The notes under the pieces: generated by a model
Told to the model about the DNA's origin: nothing
Databases searched by the model: none
The model's input: the letters and a program-made list of their open reading frames with translations, nothing else
Program-made: the position numbers and the translations under genes
NCBI RefSeq assembly: GCF_001194135.2
Contig: NC_068985.1
Coordinates: 62,593,279-62,657,278 of the forward strand
DNA length: 64,000 nt
Reading direction: 5' to 3'
Origin: Octopus bimaculoides
Lineage: Eukaryota
Shown here: positions 61,857 through 64,000 of the stretch, in pieces
Numbering within the stretch: the stretch's first letter is position 1
How the letters are laid out: each line of letters opens with the position of its first letter

Positions 61857-62289
61857 ACATTAGTAACAGTTTGAATATTGTTGAACATTTATTTAGAATA
61901 CTTTTCTTCATATTCTACAGAATAAATATATTCATTGAAGAATATCTCATACTATAACTTCAAGATAAACAACATTCCTTGTCAAAGTTCTTTTTCTAGA
62001 AAAAAAAAAAAGCAAAATTATATGGTGACCTCTCACCTTATATACTTTGGCTGGCCAATAATACAGTCATTATTACTGGAACTATGTATAATTTGCCTCG
62101 TACGGCATGGCCAATATGAGTTACAGCCCCATTTTCCCTCCCCTTGTCCCTCCCTCTACCTCTAAATGTTTCTCCTGAAATAAGATATTATGGACAGCCA
62201 GACGGAGTTCAGTGTTCCTTTTATAATGTAAGACATAAGCTGATATAAGATAAGAAAATAAGATTATATATATTATGCATGTCATGGCA

Positions 62290-62490
62290 CTCCATCGGTT
62301 ATGACAATGAGGATTCCATTTGATCCGATCAACGGAACAGCCTGCTAGTGAAATTAACATGTAAGTGGCTGAGCACTCTGCAGACACATGTACCCTTAAT
62401 GTAGTTCTCTTTGGAATACAGGTGCAACAGAAACAGGAAGAAAAGGTGAGAGAAAGTTGTGGTGAAAGAGTACAGCAGGGTTCACACCCA
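62290..62490 (-). mobile_element. SINE body (same family as 13948-14258)
   Basis: GATCCGATCAACGGAACAGCCTGCTAGTGAAATTAAC..AAGTGGCTGAGCACTC. Confidence 0.75.
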
Positions 62491-63274
62491 AATATTTTGA
62501 AAAATGAACCTGAAGATGTGTTGGTAGAATTATAAATCTGATGATTACATATATTCTGATCTCCCAATACAGAAACGCGTGTAGTTCCTTTCTAATTATA
62601 ATTTTAACTCAAGTAAGGGCTAATTAAGGTAGTATATTTTATACCCTGCTGTTGTACTGGTTTTATCCTCAAGTATTATTTCTTGATGTGCATATAAATA
62701 CCATGAGTTTTCCATCAAAAATACTCATTATGTTCTTTTTGCATTATCTGAAATGGAATACCCAGAAATCTATTGATTGAAATCCCAATAATTGAACTAT
62801 ATATATATATATATATCCAAATTGAGGGAATGGAGCAGGTAAAATCCAAGCTACATATGTTTCCTAGCTAGCAGAACCTTGCAGTATAAGGTAATGTCTT
62901 TTTTTGTAATTATCATTTATACTTTGGCTAAGTAATAAAAAAATTTTAATGAATTAATTACTTTTGGGGGAAATTAGATTTAAATCACATATATTATGAA
63001 GATAAAAAATTATGGTAATCTAAATTTTATTATGATAATAAATATATGATGAATAATCAACAGCAGATAAAACAGTGAGAATCAATACAATGGCATACAT
63101 ATTCATTCTTAGCACATTCTGGCAAATTTGAATATGAATATGTTAGTTGTTATTGTATTTCGTCTCTTTAGAGATCACCTTTCAAACAATGTGTGTTGAC
63201 AACACACTCAATACATCTCCATAGAAGGACTTTGAGGCACCAGTGGTTTGACCTGGTTGTGCCTCTTTGAGTTC

Positions 63275-63690
63275 AACTGGTACTTATTTTATTGACCCTG
63301 AAAGGAGGAAAGACAAAGTTGATCCCAGCAGTATTTGAACTCAGAACATAAGGATGGAGAAAATGCTGCTAAGAATTTTGCCCAGCATGCTAACAATTCT
63401 GCCAGTTTTCCACCTTATTGATCATTAATATTGACAGATAATCTATATTAATTGGTAATTTAATATCTAGAAGAACTGATAATATGGACCTCTATCTAAG
63501 GTGGTGATCAGGCAAAATCATTAGCACACCAAGCAAAATGCTTAATGGCATTTTATCCATCTTTACACTCTGGGTTCAAATCTGCTGAGGCTAACTTTGC
63601 CTTTCGGGGTCAAAAAAATAAGCACCAATTGAGTACTGAGGTCAATGCAATAGACTTCCCCCTCTCCAACATTGCTGGTCTCGTGCCATA
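63275..63690. mobile_element. Two related SINE copies in divergent orientation (63275-63416 minus; 63498-63690 plus)
   Basis: B-boxes GAGTTCAAAT and GGGTTCAAAT; shared CTTTC(A/G)GGGTC and AAG(T/C)ACCA body; heads begin AAGGTGG on opposite strands. Confidence 0.65.
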
Positions 63691-64000
63691 ATTTGAAATT
63701 AATATTGATCTCCATCTATATGAATTGATATTGTAGAAATGTCAAAGTTGAAAGTAATATTTACCTTTGTTTAGACACTTTTCTTTTATTTTTCCTAGTG
63801 TAATTGCTTCTGTTACATTCTGCACAGCCAATCTCTTCACACTCAGCATTCAGGTTAATATATAATTCATTTGGAGATAAATCTGAAAATGAAACATAGA
63901 AAGTTAATTCATTTTATAGAATATCTCATATAAAAAGAGATTGTTTAAGGTTCACTTCTAAATAAAACACATTTCTTCTAATTCATAGTTAAAGTTTGAG

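Overview
AT-rich, gap-containing eukaryotic genomic DNA that is almost entirely transposon debris and microsatellites. The SINE families and RTE 3' tails resemble those I associate with Octopus, so a cephalopod origin is an inference. Recognisable elements: CR1/L2-group, RTE, L1/Tx1 and R4/Dong-like non-LTR retrotransposons; at least four Penelope-like (PLE) relics; three Gypsy and one BEL/Pao LTR elements; a Tc1 transposon with DD36E spacing; a piggyBac-type MITE; and several tRNA-derived SINEs. All TE ORFs are broken by stops or frameshifts. A minus-strand host gene of unknown identity is supported by three phase-compatible exons at 26.6-28.1 kb, with weaker candidate exons near 20, 39 and 42 kb. 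Best leads: dispersed minimal-hammerhead-like motifs, a Tx1 element joined to a tRNA-derived SINE head and carrying 5'UTR monomers, a ~670 bp foldback palindrome, a DD36E Tc1, and a tandem array built from an RTE 3' end. No CRISPR array, rRNA or intact tRNA gene was found. All of this is read by eye; no searches were run.
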